Counted from the first letter of the stretch, positions 21,895-32,927 are shown. The stretch: 64,000 nucleotides of DNA from an uncultured Alphaproteobacteria bacterium (GCA_947167235.1 CAMVHF010000001.1:5675-69674); one strand, 5' to 3'. Numbers and translations: made by a program. Notes: a model not told the origin generated them from the sequence alone.

Positions 21895-22617
21895 TTACAT
21901 ACGAGATAAACGACTTTCGATATATTTTTTCAAATCATCGTAGTTTGGTACGCCATATACAATTTCATTGCCGTCATGACCTTGAAAGAAGAAAGCCGGC
22001 GTTCCTTTAATACCTAAGCGCGTAATAGCTTCCTGACGGTTTGAAACAATTTCCTGTGCGGTATTATCATCATTCATACAAGCCTGAGCTTCATTATATG
22101 ATAATCCGTATTCGGCGGCATAACGAACCAATTGTTCATCATCACTGTCCAGCCACCAAAAACGTTGACGGTCAAACAAACGATGCAGGAAACCAAAGTA
22201 ATTTTCATACGTCAGACAATTTGACAGCAAAGCAGCTTTCATCGACTTTTTATCTAACGGAAAATTAACAAAGATAACACGAAGTTGTCCGTTATCAATG
22301 TATTCACTCTTTAACTTAGGTAATATATCGTTATGGAAATCGGCACAATGCGGACACCCCAAAGAAGAGTATTCATACAATGTCAAAGGCGCACTGGCAG
22401 AACCGAGCGCAAATTTTTGCGAAACATTAATGGCAACATTTTCAGGTAAAACCGTGGCAATGCCGTTTTTAACGGCCGCTTCGGCATCCGGTTTAAGATA
22501 AACAATCCGTCCGTCGATATAAGCAAATCCTTTGAAATTGAAATAAAACAAACCTGCGATGAAAAAAACAACAATCAAAGACAATGTGCTGCTTATTTTT
22601 TTGATTATATTTTCCAA
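21895..22617 (-). CDS. DsbA-family thiol:disulfide oxidoreductase
   Basis: N-terminal TM/signal. Thioredoxin-fold CPHC active site (SSLGCPHCADFH). Confidence 0.75.
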   Translation of the reverse strand: MENIIKKISSTLSLIVVFFIAGLFYFNFKGFAYIDGRIVYLKPDAEAAVKNGIATVLPENVAINVSQKFALGSASAPLTLYEYSSLGCPHCADFHNDILPKLKSEYIDNGQLRVIFVNFPLDKKSMKAALLSNCLTYENYFGFLHRLFDRQRFWWLDSDDEQLVRYAAEYGLSYNEAQACMNDDNTAQEIVSNRQEAITRLGIKGTPAFFFQGHDGNEIVYGVPNYDDLKKYIESRLSRM

Positions 22618-22627
22618 AACGATACTC

Positions 22628-23149
22628 CTATTTTTTGTGTCGGCTCATAACCGCAATTCCCAAATTTTTGAGCGTTTCTTTTAATTCGGGATGGTCGACA
22701 TCTTTTGTTAATTCCGTAATATAAGATTCTTCCGTCTCGGTTACAAGACTTTTTTTCACGTTATCAATGCTTTTTTTGCCCAATAAAAAATTTTGCGGAT
22801 CGCCGTTTTGCAAAATTTTAAGTTTGCTGACAGCCTTATAGCCGAAATAAGCATTGATTTTTTCTAAAATTCTCGGCTCGTTTTGTTTGATTTCCATGGC
22901 AAAAGCGCCGCTTAATACCGATACGGTCAAACTGCCGTCGGTGCGCTCATCTTTGCGAAAGGTCAGCTTTTGCGGCAAGCTGAATTGCGCCAGCTCGTCA
23001 CCGACGATATATTTCCAGTTGGTCAGCAAATCAATTTCCATAAAACCGCGTGCGCCCAAAAGCTGTTTAGCAATCGGCAAAACGGTTTTGCTGATACTGG
23101 TTAAATCTTTTGATTTGCGTTCAGAGCTGATGTTGATTTTTTTAGCCAC
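22628..23149 (-). CDS. DUF721/DciA-like protein (tentative)
   Basis: 173 aa, basic. The size and position next to xerD resemble DUF721 proteins. No decisive motif read. Confidence 0.4.
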   Translation of the reverse strand: MAKKINISSERKSKDLTSISKTVLPIAKQLLGARGFMEIDLLTNWKYIVGDELAQFSLPQKLTFRKDERTDGSLTVSVLSGAFAMEIKQNEPRILEKINAYFGYKAVSKLKILQNGDPQNFLLGKKSIDNVKKSLVTETEESYITELTKDVDHPELKETLKNLGIAVMSRHKK

Positions 23150-24063
23150 TATTCGTCTTCCTCCTTAAATTGAGCCAACGGATGTTTGGCGCAAACGCTG
23201 TTAATGAGTTTTTGCGATGTAATGTGGGTATAAATTTCGGTTGTGGTTATATTTTCGTGTCCGAGCATTTTTTGTACCGAGCGCAAATCGGCATCATTAT
23301 TTAATAAATGCGTGGCAAACGAGTGCCGTAACACATGCGGTGAAACGCGTGACGGCGATATACCGCATCGGACGGCCAGGTTTTTAATATCTTTAAAAAA
23401 GGCATCACGCGTCAAATGACCGTCGACGGCAATTAAAGACGGGAATAACCACGGCGATTCGCCGTTTTTTTTGATAAAGTTTTGACGCAGCGTCTGATAT
23501 TTTTGTAAGGTATGTGCGGTGTGCTCCGCCAGCGGAACAAGGCGTTCTTTACTGCCTTTACCGAATATGGTCACGATATTTTTTTTGTAGTTGACGGCGT
23601 TATGCGGCAAGGCAACCAACTCCGATACTCTCAGACCGGTTGCATACATAAGTTCAATCATGACGGCAATTCGATGAATTCGGTAATCATCGCTGCTTTT
23701 AGCCGCGGTAATGATATTATTGATTTCATCAACCGTTAAAAATTTGGGCAAAGGTTTTTCTTGTTTAGGCGTTAAGATATTTTGTGCCGGATTATTATCA
23801 ATGATTTTTTCCGAATATAAAAATTTACAAAACTCTTTAATAGCCGACAGTTTGCGGGCAATTGTGCGCGGTGTGAATCCCCGAGAATGTAAATCCTGTA
23901 AAAAATCTTTAATACCGGCTTCGGATAAGCTGTTGTCTGCAATAAACGGCCCGAACTCGATAAATTGTCGCAAATCGCGTTCATAAGCGGCAATGGAAGT
24001 TTGAGCCGCACCTTTCTCGGCGGCCATCATTTGCAAAAAATTATCGATTTGCGGACCTAACAT
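23149..24063 (-). CDS. xerD: site-specific tyrosine recombinase XerD
   Basis: Blocks ATGLRVSELV, GKGSKERLVPL, and LRHSFATHLLNNDADLRSVQKMLGHENITTTEIYTH with catalytic Tyr. It ends HPLA like E. coli XerD. The XerC versus XerD assignment is less certain than the family. Confidence 0.7.
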   Translation of the reverse strand: MLGPQIDNFLQMMAAEKGAAQTSIAAYERDLRQFIEFGPFIADNSLSEAGIKDFLQDLHSRGFTPRTIARKLSAIKEFCKFLYSEKIIDNNPAQNILTPKQEKPLPKFLTVDEINNIITAAKSSDDYRIHRIAVMIELMYATGLRVSELVALPHNAVNYKKNIVTIFGKGSKERLVPLAEHTAHTLQKYQTLRQNFIKKNGESPWLFPSLIAVDGHLTRDAFFKDIKNLAVRCGISPSRVSPHVLRHSFATHLLNNDADLRSVQKMLGHENITTTEIYTHITSQKLINSVCAKHPLAQFKEEDE

Positions 24064-24219
24064 TTATTTTTCGAGTTTAACTGTAATTTCTTGGGAAATA
24101 TGTTCGGTCGGAACTTTGATATCCTGAACGACAACAAAACCGATTCCTAAAATAACCGCTAAAACAACGGCATAAAAAATGACTTTGGAATTATTTGTTG
24201 TGGAATATGTTTTTCGCAT
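24064..24219 (-). CDS. 51-aa single-TM small protein, translationally coupled to xerD (TAAATG)
   Basis: Hand translation gives MRKTYSTTNNSKVIFYAVVLAVILGIGFVVVQDIKVPTEHISQEITVKLEK. Good RBS gaggaaaaataaca. It is below the ORF-track length cutoff. Confidence 0.4.
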   Translation of the reverse strand: MRKTYSTTNNSKVIFYAVVLAVILGIGFVVVQDIKVPTEHISQEITVKLEK

Positions 24220-24314
24220 TGTTATTTTTCCTCATAAGCTGTTAAAAAATATTGATTATATATTAACAAGGTTATATGGTTAGTCAATAGTGAACAAATA
24301 AAAAGAAATAAGAA

Positions 24315-24890
24315 ATGCCGAGAATTGATAAAATAATATTGTTGGTCGGTTTGATGGGAAGCGGAAAAACCAGCGTCGGAAAGAGATTGGCGCGTCGGTT
24401 GTCATTGCCGTTTATCGACGGTGATCAGGAAATAGAAAAAGCTGCCGGTCTGTCACTTGTCGATGTGCTTAAGTGCTTTGGTGAAAAAGAGTATCGCGCC
24501 GGTGAAGAAAGAGTGATGAAAAGATTACTGCAAGGTTCGCCTTGCGTTTTGGCTTCGGGCGGCGGTTCGTTTGTGGCGTCGCAAACCAGAGAATTGGCAA
24601 AAAATCATGCGCTTACCATTTGGCTTAAAGCCGATATAGACACGCTGTATCATCGTACGGCCGGTCGCACGCGTCGTCCGTTTTTACTTGGCGATAATGA
24701 TACGGTTAAAGCCAAGTTACAGGAATATATAACGGAAGAATATCCGTATTATTCCGAAGCGGACATCGTTGTCGAAACTCATGAAGAAAAAGTTGAAAAC
24801 ACGGTCAAACGCGTTGTTGCCGCCATTAATAACTTCTATCGAAAACAACAAAGCGAGACGGCTCGTCCGGCAAAACAGCAACATAATTAA
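24315..24890 (+). CDS. aroK: shikimate kinase
   Basis: Walker A GLMGSGKTSVGKRLA. Shikimate-kinase fold blocks (FIDGDQEIE, LASGGGS). Confidence 0.85.
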   Translation: MPRIDKIILLVGLMGSGKTSVGKRLARRLSLPFIDGDQEIEKAAGLSLVDVLKCFGEKEYRAGEERVMKRLLQGSPCVLASGGGSFVASQTRELAKNHALTIWLKADIDTLYHRTAGRTRRPFLLGDNDTVKAKLQEYITEEYPYYSEADIVVETHEEKVENTVKRVVAAINNFYRKQQSETARPAKQQHN

Positions 24891-24938
24891 ACAGTCTTAG
24901 CGGCGTAAGATTGTTTATATTCACGAAAGGAAACAATT

Positions 24939-25649
24939 ATGCGCCAAAACAGCAGAACATCAGAACAAATGCGGGATTTGGAAATTATTCCGAATGTTAA
25001 TCTTTATGCCGAAGGCTCTTGCCTTATCAAATGCGGCAATACACATGTTTTATGCACGGCTTCGGTTGAAAATGAAGTGCCGGCATGGTTAAAAGGGCAA
25101 GATAAAGGTTGGGTAACGGCCGAGTACGCCTTATTGCCACGCTCGACTCAAACCAGAGTTGCCCGCGAAACCAAAGGTGCCGGCGGTCGTACTCATGAAA
25201 TTCAACGCTTAATCGGTCGCTCACTGCGCGCGGCGGTGGATTTGTACGCGATGCCCGAAATCAGTATAAAAATCGACTGTGATGTTCTGCAAGCTGACGG
25301 CGGCACACGGACTGCGTCAATTTCTGGCGGGTTCGTGGCGTTATACTTAGCATTACAAAAGCTGGTGCAAGAAGGGCGCTTGCCGCGTAATCCGGTTAAA
25401 GAGTATGTGGCGGCTGTTTCTTGCGGTATTTGCAACGGCGAACCGGTTTTGGATTTGGATTATGCCGAGGATTCGCATGCCGATGCTGATACCAATTTTG
25501 TGCTGACCGAAAGCAATCGGATTGTTGAATTGCAGGCAACGGCCGAAGGGGCAACTTTTAACGAAGCCGAATTTAACGAGCTGTTCCGCTTGGCTAAATC
25601 GGGCATACATCAAATTATTACGTTACAGAAAAAAGTTTTGGGAGAGTAA
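24939..25649 (+). CDS. rph: ribonuclease PH
   Basis: Strong RNase PH blocks (RPLRAxxxx region, [32 protein letters not shown]). Confidence 0.92.
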   Translation: MRQNSRTSEQMRDLEIIPNVNLYAEGSCLIKCGNTHVLCTASVENEVPAWLKGQDKGWVTAEYALLPRSTQTRVARETKGAGGRTHEIQRLIGRSLRAAVDLYAMPEISIKIDCDVLQADGGTRTASISGGFVALYLALQKLVQEGRLPRNPVKEYVAAVSCGICNGEPVLDLDYAEDSHADADTNFVLTESNRIVELQATAEGATFNEAEFNELFRLAKSGIHQIITLQKKVLGE

Positions 25650-25650
25650 G

Positions 25651-26244
25651 ATGAAAATTAAAGAATTGGTTTTTGCCAGTCATAATGCCGGTAAAATTGC
25701 CGAAGTATCCGAAATGTTGGCACCGCTCGGTATTAAGGTCAAATCGGCGGCGGATATGGATTTACCGGATGTAGAAGAAACCGGTACAACGTTTGCCGAA
25801 AATTCACTTTTGAAATCGCAAACCATTGCGAAAGCAACCGGTTTACCGTGTATTGCCGACGATTCCGGTTTGTGCGTTGATGCCTTAAACGGCGCGCCGG
25901 GTGTTTATTCGGCACGTTATGCACCTAACCGCGATTTTGATAAAGGCATGGATATTTTACTGTCCGAAATGGAAAAAAGCGGTAATCCGAGCCGTAAAGC
26001 GCACTTTGCCTGTGTGGTTTCTTTAGCCTATCCGAACGGGGAATATCATCTTTTTGAAGGACGCGTCGATGGTCAAATCTCACGCGAAAAAATGCGCGGT
26101 GAAGGCGGATTCGGTTATGATCCACTGTTTATACCAGACGGTTATTCCTGCAGTTTTGCGCAAATGAGCCACGATGATAAAAACAAAATTTCGCATCGTG
26201 GTCGAGCTATGCAAAAGTTTAAGGAATATATCTCAAATTTATAA
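25651..26244 (+). CDS. rdgB: non-canonical purine NTP pyrophosphatase (RdgB/HAM1 family)
   Basis: Blocks ASHNAGKIAE, ADDSGLCVDALNGAPGVYSAR and GFGYDPLF. Start re-called at ATG 25651, 1 nt after the rph stop. The ORF-track start 25522 lies in rph. Confidence 0.85.
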   Translation: MKIKELVFASHNAGKIAEVSEMLAPLGIKVKSAADMDLPDVEETGTTFAENSLLKSQTIAKATGLPCIADDSGLCVDALNGAPGVYSARYAPNRDFDKGMDILLSEMEKSGNPSRKAHFACVVSLAYPNGEYHLFEGRVDGQISREKMRGEGGFGYDPLFIPDGYSCSFAQMSHDDKNKISHRGRAMQKFKEYISNL

Positions 26245-26253
26245 GGATTGCGT

Positions 26254-29160
26254 ATGACATATAAAATCTATAATATCAGTGCCGGTGCTTCTTTTGTAGA
26301 TGTTTTGGCCGAGCGTTTTTTAACACAATATGCCGATAATCAAACCGAATTATCGAAAGTATTGATTTTGCTGCCGACACGACGCGCTTGTCAAAGTCTG
26401 ACCGAAGCCTTTTTGCGCCAGCATGAACTGAAACCGACGATTTTGCCGAAAATAGCACCGATTATGGATGTTGAAGAAGATGAAATTTTTTTGACAGGTA
26501 ATGCCGATATTTTAAGCAGTATTAAACCGATGGCAGACAATAAGGAAATCATTTTTACGCTGACACGGCTTATTATGCAAAGGCACGAACTCGGGGTGCA
26601 GAATATTTCTTTGGCACAAGCATATTGTCTGGCTCAAAACTTAAAAGCACTGATGGATACGGTTAAAAACAGAAATTTGGATTTTGCCGATTTGAAGAAA
26701 ATAGTGGCGGAAGAATATGCCGATCACTGGCAAGAAACATTAAAACTGTTGCAAATTATTACCAAATTCTGGCCGGAAATTTTGGCGGAAAAAGGAAAGT
26801 CGGATACAACGGAATATAACAAAGCACTGTTGGAAGCACAAATAGGTTTGTGGCACAATACAAAACCGACGCAAAGAATTGTTATTGCCGGTACGACGGC
26901 GACATATCCTTTATTAAAAGAATTGGTGAAAACCGTTTGTGAATTACCGAACGGCGAACTGTATTTATACGGTTTGGACAGATGCCTTGATGAAGAATCT
27001 TGGCAGTTAATTACAAAGGATGAAAATCATCCGCAATTTGAACTTAAAGAATTGCTGGATTGTTTACAGGTTAAACGGGAAGATATCGAAGATATATGCA
27101 TAACGGCAAATATCGGGCGGGAACATCTTGTCTCGGAAATTATGCGTCCGGCTCAAACAACCGAAAAATGGAGACATTTAACCGACGAAGGATTACCGAT
27201 AACGGCGTTTGACGGTATACACTTTATGAGTTGCGCCGATTTACGCCAAGAAGCAAAGGCTATCGCATTGATTATCCGCAATACGCTGGAAACACCAGAA
27301 AAAACTGCTGCGTTGGTAACAATGGACCGTGATTTAGCGCGCCGAGTCGTCGCGGAATTGTTGCAGTGGAATATCGAAGCCGATGATTCTGCCGGTCGTC
27401 CGTTGCATTTAACGCCGATAGGCACATATTTACGCTTAATTCTCGAATATATTGAGAACAATACGCAAGTCAGCCAAATTGCCTTAATGAAGCATCCGTT
27501 TACCAAATGCGGTATGGAACAGGGCAAATATAATCTGGCGCGTGACCATCTGGAATTGTATTATCGCAGAAAAGAAAAATTAAGCAATGAAGCCGATGCT
27601 TTGCAAAATGAATTTTTAAAACGTATACAGCCGCTTGTTGATTTATACAATCAGCCGAGGGTTAATATCAAAGATATCTTTACCACCCATATTCAAGTGG
27701 CCGAAAGTCTGGCTGATACAGATAAAAAAAGAGGTCCACAGATCATTTGGCGCAAAGATGACGGCCATATTGCCGCAGATTTTGTCAGTGAATTCAACAG
27801 CTGTTGTGATGTTATAGATACCATTAATACCAACGAATATGCCGCCTTTTTTACTGAAGTGCTGTCAGGTTATAGTGTTCGTGCCCGTTACGGATTGCAT
27901 CCGCGTGTTAAAATTCTCGGCCCGATAGAAGCACGGTTGGCAAGTTATGATGTAACCGTTATCGGTGAAGCCAATGAAGGTAAGTGGCCTAATTTGCCGC
28001 AAGCTGATATGTGGATGTCGCGCCCGATGAAGCAAGCGTTCGGTCTGCCGTCACCCGAGCGGGCAATAGGTGTTGCTGCCGCTGATTTTGCGCATTTGCT
28101 GAATGCTCCGGAAGTTTATATAACCCGTGCCGAACGTGTTGGTGATACACCGACCAATAAATCACGTTGGTGGTTGCGATTTGAAACTGTCTTAAAGGCC
28201 AATTTCGGTGCCGAGGCCAAACGTTATAATTTCTTATATGATAAAAAATATTCCGTATGGGCTAAGGAGCTGGATCGTCAAGGCGAATATAAACCTATCT
28301 CGTATCCGCGTCCGTGCCCGCCGCTCGATATGCGTCCGCGTGAATTAGCGGCAACTTATATCGAGGCACTGTGGCGTGATCCTTACTCGATTTATGCAAA
28401 GTACATATTAAAAATTAAACCGCTTGATGATTTAGACCGTACAACAAAATCTTACGATTTCGGTAATTTGGTGCACAAAATTTTGCAAAAATTTAATAAT
28501 GAACACAAACATCAATTGCCGGATAATCCGTTAGAAGAATTTATTAAAATATGTGAGGCTACTTTTGATGCCGAAAATGTAACGCAGGAACAACGCGCTT
28601 TTTGGTATCCGCGATTCGTTAAGGCGATGGAATGGTATGTTGCACAAGAATTAAAATATCGTCCGACCATAGAGACCATTCATAACGAAGCGAAAGGTGC
28701 GTATACTTTTGAAGATTTAAACTTTAAAGTAACGGCTCAGGCCGACAGGGTCGATGAAACCAAAGACGGTCATTTAAATATCATTGACTATAAAACCGGT
28801 CAGAGCCGTTCGGAAAAAGAAATGATAACCGGCAAAGCACCGCAATTGCCGATAGAAGCGTTGATTGCCGAGAATGGCGGTTTTTCTGATGTTCCAGCGA
28901 AACATGTACAATCGTTGCGCTACTGGACCTTCAAAAAAGAAACCTGCATGAATTCGGAAAAAACAAAAGAATCGATTGATGTTATCGAACAAAAACTGCG
29001 CGAGTTGATAATCGCTTATGATGACGAAAACAGACCGTATTTGACCAAGCCGGTTCCGTCAAGCAAGCCGATTTACAGTGATTACGAACATTTATCACGT
29101 TTTTTGGAATGGTCGGTCAAAGATGATGATAATGGAGGCGGAGAAACAGAAAATGAGTAA
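26254..29160 (+). CDS. addB: double-strand break repair protein AddB (alphaproteobacterial type, C-terminal RecB-family nuclease)
   Basis: Approx. 969 aa. C-terminal nuclease motif ADRVDE..HLNIIDYKTG. It is paired with the downstream addA, and their ends overlap. Start re-called to ATG 26254 (ORF track uses TTG 26248). Confidence 0.8.
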   Translation: MTYKIYNISAGASFVDVLAERFLTQYADNQTELSKVLILLPTRRACQSLTEAFLRQHELKPTILPKIAPIMDVEEDEIFLTGNADILSSIKPMADNKEIIFTLTRLIMQRHELGVQNISLAQAYCLAQNLKALMDTVKNRNLDFADLKKIVAEEYADHWQETLKLLQIITKFWPEILAEKGKSDTTEYNKALLEAQIGLWHNTKPTQRIVIAGTTATYPLLKELVKTVCELPNGELYLYGLDRCLDEESWQLITKDENHPQFELKELLDCLQVKREDIEDICITANIGREHLVSEIMRPAQTTEKWRHLTDEGLPITAFDGIHFMSCADLRQEAKAIALIIRNTLETPEKTAALVTMDRDLARRVVAELLQWNIEADDSAGRPLHLTPIGTYLRLILEYIENNTQVSQIALMKHPFTKCGMEQGKYNLARDHLELYYRRKEKLSNEADALQNEFLKRIQPLVDLYNQPRVNIKDIFTTHIQVAESLADTDKKRGPQIIWRKDDGHIAADFVSEFNSCCDVIDTINTNEYAAFFTEVLSGYSVRARYGLHPRVKILGPIEARLASYDVTVIGEANEGKWPNLPQADMWMSRPMKQAFGLPSPERAIGVAAADFAHLLNAPEVYITRAERVGDTPTNKSRWWLRFETVLKANFGAEAKRYNFLYDKKYSVWAKELDRQGEYKPISYPRPCPPLDMRPRELAATYIEALWRDPYSIYAKYILKIKPLDDLDRTTKSYDFGNLVHKILQKFNNEHKHQLPDNPLEEFIKICEATFDAENVTQEQRAFWYPRFVKAMEWYVAQELKYRPTIETIHNEAKGAYTFEDLNFKVTAQADRVDETKDGHLNIIDYKTGQSRSEKEMITGKAPQLPIEALIAENGGFSDVPAKHVQSLRYWTFKKETCMNSEKTKESIDVIEQKLRELIIAYDDENRPYLTKPVPSSKPIYSDYEHLSRFLEWSVKDDDNGGGETENE

Positions 29161-32100
29161 TAAAGAAGAAATTAAAAATAAGCGCGAAGATCTTTCAAAG
29201 AAGGCGACAGAACAACAACAGAGAGCCGCTAATCCAGCACATTCCGTTTGGGTTGAGGCTTCGGCCGGTACCGGTAAAACCAAAGTTCTGACCGATAGAG
29301 TACTGCGTTTGCTGTTATCCGGTGTTGAACCGCAAAAGCTTTTATGTCTGACCTATACCAAGGCGGCCGCCGTGCAGATGTACGATCGTATTTCCGAATA
29401 TTTGGGCAAATGGGCGGTAATGTCTGATGAGGCCTTGGACAAAGATATTAAAGATTTGTTGGGCAAAGCATATTCACCGCAGAAAAAAGAAGAATATATG
29501 CGTAGGGCTCGCATTTTGTTTGCCGATTTATTGGACACGCCGGGTGGTATTAAAATCAACACAATTCACAGTTTCTGTCAGGAAGTGTTAAAGCGTTTTC
29601 CGCTTGAATCCGGCGTTTCGCCGTATTTTAATTTATTGGATGATCGCGGTAAAGAAACGGCACTGGCCGCTATTAAATCGGAATTTTTGTCGGGAAAATA
29701 TGATAAAGATTCTGATGTTGAAGAGGCAATAACCTTTTTTACGCATAATTCTAATGAAGATTCGTTTTCAAAAGTTATGGAACATATTACCGATAATTAT
29801 ACCAAAATAATCGAACTTTTTGAAAAGTACAAAGGATTACGGAAATTTTTACCGGTTTTAGCCGAACATCTCGGTGTTCGAGATGATGACAGCGAAGAAA
29901 TGTTGAAATTATCGCTTATGCAAACGGTTGATTGGGCCGAGATGAAACAAAATATGGCTGCTTGGCGATACGGCGGTAAAACAGATAAAGGCCGATGCGA
30001 TATTTTGGGAGAAATAATGTCTCATACCATATGTGCCGAAGATTACGATAAATACCAGGCCATGTTCTTAACAAAAAATAATACGGTAATGGTAAATTTA
30101 GCCGCCGTAGATGCGCAAAAAGTTGATAGTGAAATAGTTGAACGTGTCCGTAAAGAAGCAGAACGCATACAAGAAATGAATTGGAAATTGGTACGTCTGA
30201 AGTTGTACATGTCAACCAAAAACTTTCTGATTATAGCCGAAAGCTTAAATGAAAAATATTCCGCCCGCAAACAACAAATGGCAGTACTGGATTATGATGA
30301 TATGATTTCACAGACACGCCGTTTACTTTCTAATCCGTCAACGTCGGCATGGGTATTATATAAACTTGACGGCGGTATAGACCATATACTGTTGGATGAA
30401 GCACAGGATACATCACCGGGGCAGTGGGATATTATCAAATATTTGAGTAGAGAATTTTTTGACATCGGCGCAAGCGATAAAAACCGGACAATCTTTTCGG
30501 TGGGTGACCGCAAACAGTCTATTTTCAGTTTCCAGGGTGCCGACCCGGACAAACTCGACGATATGTATGAACATTTCAAAGGAAGCGGCGGTCATAAATT
30601 TGAGACTGTAAATCTGGATGTATCATTCCGTTCGGCGCCGGCTATTTTACAATCCGTAAATAAGGTCTTTTCCGCATTGGAAATCTCCAAAGGTGTGGTT
30701 TCCAAAGGCAAAACGGTTAATCATGACCCGTATCGTGTCGGTGAATTCGGACATGTTGAAATATGGTCACCGTTTATTGCCGAAAAAAATACTAAGGTGC
30801 AGGATGATTCATACTCTCTGCCACCAATGGAAATGGAAAAGCGCGATTCGGTGCGTACCAAATTAGCCGAAGCCATCGCCGAGCGTATTAAAACAATGGT
30901 TAATGAAACATGTCAGTCTGACCATCCGCTTAATTTTAAGGATTTTATGGTTTTGGTGCGTCAGCGGGATGCGTTTGTTGAAGAATTTATCCGCGCTTGC
31001 AAAAAAATGGGTGTTGATATCTGCGGTGCCGATAAAATGGCATTGACCGACCAAATAGCCGTGCAAGATTTGATTTCGCTGGGTAAGTTTTTGTTGCTGC
31101 CGAATGATGACTTGTCTTTGGCAGAAACCTTAAAATCGCCGCTGTTCGGTCTTGATGACGATGATTTAATTAAAATCTGCCGTCATAAAAATCATCAGCC
31201 GTTGTGGACATGTCTTAATGATACACCCGAATATCACAAAATATACGAGTTACTGCAATATTTGCTGAGTAAGTTGGATTATATGCGTCCGTATGAGTTG
31301 TATAACTATATGCTGTCAACGAAAAAAGGTCGGCAAAAATTTATCAATCGTATAGGGGTAGAGGTTGAAGATGCCCTGGACGAATTTATGAATTTAACCA
31401 TAGATTTTGAACAGCAAAATACGCCGAGTTTGCAAGGCTTTATCGAATGGATGAGTAAAAGCAAAGTTATCGTTAAACGCCAAATGGAGTCAAAAGAAAT
31501 CAATGCCGTTCGTTTAATGACGGTACATGGTTCAAAGGGGCTGCAGGCGGCGGTGGTCTTTTTGCCGGATACTATCAAGGTTAAAGATTCGTTGTGTGAG
31601 CAAAGAGCATTGTTTGACGATAAGTACGTCTACTATCCGCTGAACAGAAATGCTTATGAAGATAATTGTTTAAAGGCAAAAGATTACAATGATATGAAAG
31701 CCGATGAAGAACATCGACGCCTGATGTATGTGGGCCTGACGCGCGCCGAAGACCAGATGATTATCTGCGGTTACTCCAATGACGATAAAATCAAGCCGAC
31801 ATCATGGTTTTCGCTGTGTGAAAAAATGTTGGTTGAAGGAGGGTATCCTGCTGATAAAATCTATCGTATAACAACAGATGAAGGTTTTGAAAAAGAAAAG
31901 AAAAACGAACAAATTATTTCAGCCGTCATGCCTGAAATGGAAAACTGGATGAATACGGATGCACCGGATGAGAATGCGGCATCAAAACCTTATACCCCGT
32001 CAAATTTGACCGAAGACAAGGATGAACCGGATTCGGTGTCGCCGCTGCAAGATGCCGGCAATTTCTATCGTCGCGGTACGATAATCCATAAGCTGTTGCA

Positions 32101-32524
32101 ATTTTTGCCGCAAAATACCGGTGATAAAGAGCAGACGATTGATATATTTTTGCAAAAAAATGCGCATGATTTTTCAAAAGAACAATGCGCTAAGATTAAA
32201 TCCGAAGTAATGGCGTTGTTGAATAATCCGGAATTTACCGATCTGTTCGGAGAAAAAGCACAAGCCGAAGTGCCGATTGTCGGTGAAGTCGACGGTATCA
32301 TGATTTCGGCTCAACTCGATAAGCTTCTGGTGCTGCCGGACAAAGTGATGATTGTCGATTTTAAAACCAATCAGCCGCCGGCTAAAGATGTGGCTTCAAC
32401 CTCGCCGAATTATATCCGTCAGCTCGGATTATACGCAAAATTATTGCAGCGGATATACCCGAATTTGCCGGTTGAAACCTATATTTTATGGACCAATGAG
32501 GCAAGATTAATGCGGGTTGCATAA
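29153..32524 (+). CDS. addA: double-strand break repair helicase/nuclease AddA (UvrD-family helicase plus RecB nuclease)
   Basis: Helicase motif I EASAGTGKTKVLTDRVLRLL. Motif II LLDEAQDTSP. Motifs V/VI TVHGSKGLQAAVVFL and YVGLTRAEDQM. C-terminal nuclease IVDFKTNQ. Start re-called to ATG 29153, overlapping the addB stop. Confidence 0.85.
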   Translation: MSNKEEIKNKREDLSKKATEQQQRAANPAHSVWVEASAGTGKTKVLTDRVLRLLLSGVEPQKLLCLTYTKAAAVQMYDRISEYLGKWAVMSDEALDKDIKDLLGKAYSPQKKEEYMRRARILFADLLDTPGGIKINTIHSFCQEVLKRFPLESGVSPYFNLLDDRGKETALAAIKSEFLSGKYDKDSDVEEAITFFTHNSNEDSFSKVMEHITDNYTKIIELFEKYKGLRKFLPVLAEHLGVRDDDSEEMLKLSLMQTVDWAEMKQNMAAWRYGGKTDKGRCDILGEIMSHTICAEDYDKYQAMFLTKNNTVMVNLAAVDAQKVDSEIVERVRKEAERIQEMNWKLVRLKLYMSTKNFLIIAESLNEKYSARKQQMAVLDYDDMISQTRRLLSNPSTSAWVLYKLDGGIDHILLDEAQDTSPGQWDIIKYLSREFFDIGASDKNRTIFSVGDRKQSIFSFQGADPDKLDDMYEHFKGSGGHKFETVNLDVSFRSAPAILQSVNKVFSALEISKGVVSKGKTVNHDPYRVGEFGHVEIWSPFIAEKNTKVQDDSYSLPPMEMEKRDSVRTKLAEAIAERIKTMVNETCQSDHPLNFKDFMVLVRQRDAFVEEFIRACKKMGVDICGADKMALTDQIAVQDLISLGKFLLLPNDDLSLAETLKSPLFGLDDDDLIKICRHKNHQPLWTCLNDTPEYHKIYELLQYLLSKLDYMRPYELYNYMLSTKKGRQKFINRIGVEVEDALDEFMNLTIDFEQQNTPSLQGFIEWMSKSKVIVKRQMESKEINAVRLMTVHGSKGLQAAVVFLPDTIKVKDSLCEQRALFDDKYVYYPLNRNAYEDNCLKAKDYNDMKADEEHRRLMYVGLTRAEDQMIICGYSNDDKIKPTSWFSLCEKMLVEGGYPADKIYRITTDEGFEKEKKNEQIISAVMPEMENWMNTDAPDENAASKPYTPSNLTEDKDEPDSVSPLQDAGNFYRRGTIIHKLLQFLPQNTGDKEQTIDIFLQKNAHDFSKEQCAKIKSEVMALLNNPEFTDLFGEKAQAEVPIVGEVDGIMISAQLDKLLVLPDKVMIVDFKTNQPPAKDVASTSPNYIRQLGLYAKLLQRIYPNLPVETYILWTNEARLMRVA

Positions 32525-32612
32525 AAAAACAGTTGTAATTGTCGAGATATTCTTTAATATGTGAAAAAAGTAACTATATTGAATATACTCATAATAAATT
32601 AAGGAGAAAAAA

Positions 32613-32927
32613 ATGACACAACCTTTAACAGACAGCCAATTTGAATCTTCGGTATTAAATTCCAAAGGTTTGGTTTTGGTTGATTTTTGGGCAGAATGGT
32701 GCGGTCCGTGCCGTCAGTTAGGCCCGATTTTGGAAACCATCGACAGCGATATGTCGGATGTTACCATTTACAAAATGAATGTTGATGATTCACCGGAAGT
32801 TGCCGGTCAATACGGTTTACGCAGCATTCCGACAATGCTGTTGTTCAAAGACGGCAAACAGGTTGATACCAAGGTCGGATTACAGTCCGAATCAACCCTA
32901 AAATCATGGCTGGAATCATTTAAATAA
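32613..32927 (+). CDS. trxA: thioredoxin
   Basis: 104 aa with the WCGPC active site. aaggag RBS. Confidence 0.92.
   Translation: MTQPLTDSQFESSVLNSKGLVLVDFWAEWCGPCRQLGPILETIDSDMSDVTIYKMNVDDSPEVAGQYGLRSIPTMLLFKDGKQVDTKVGLQSESTLKSWLESFK

Noticed and set aside
25522-25650. N-terminal 43 codons of the ORF-track rdgB call
   Set aside because: It overlaps rph in another frame. The conserved RdgB sequence starts at ATG 25651, right after the rph stop.
29078-29152. Upstream extension of addA
   Set aside because: It is inside the addB C-terminus. ATG 29153 overlaps the addB stop. An alternative start at 29123 is possible but less parsimonious.
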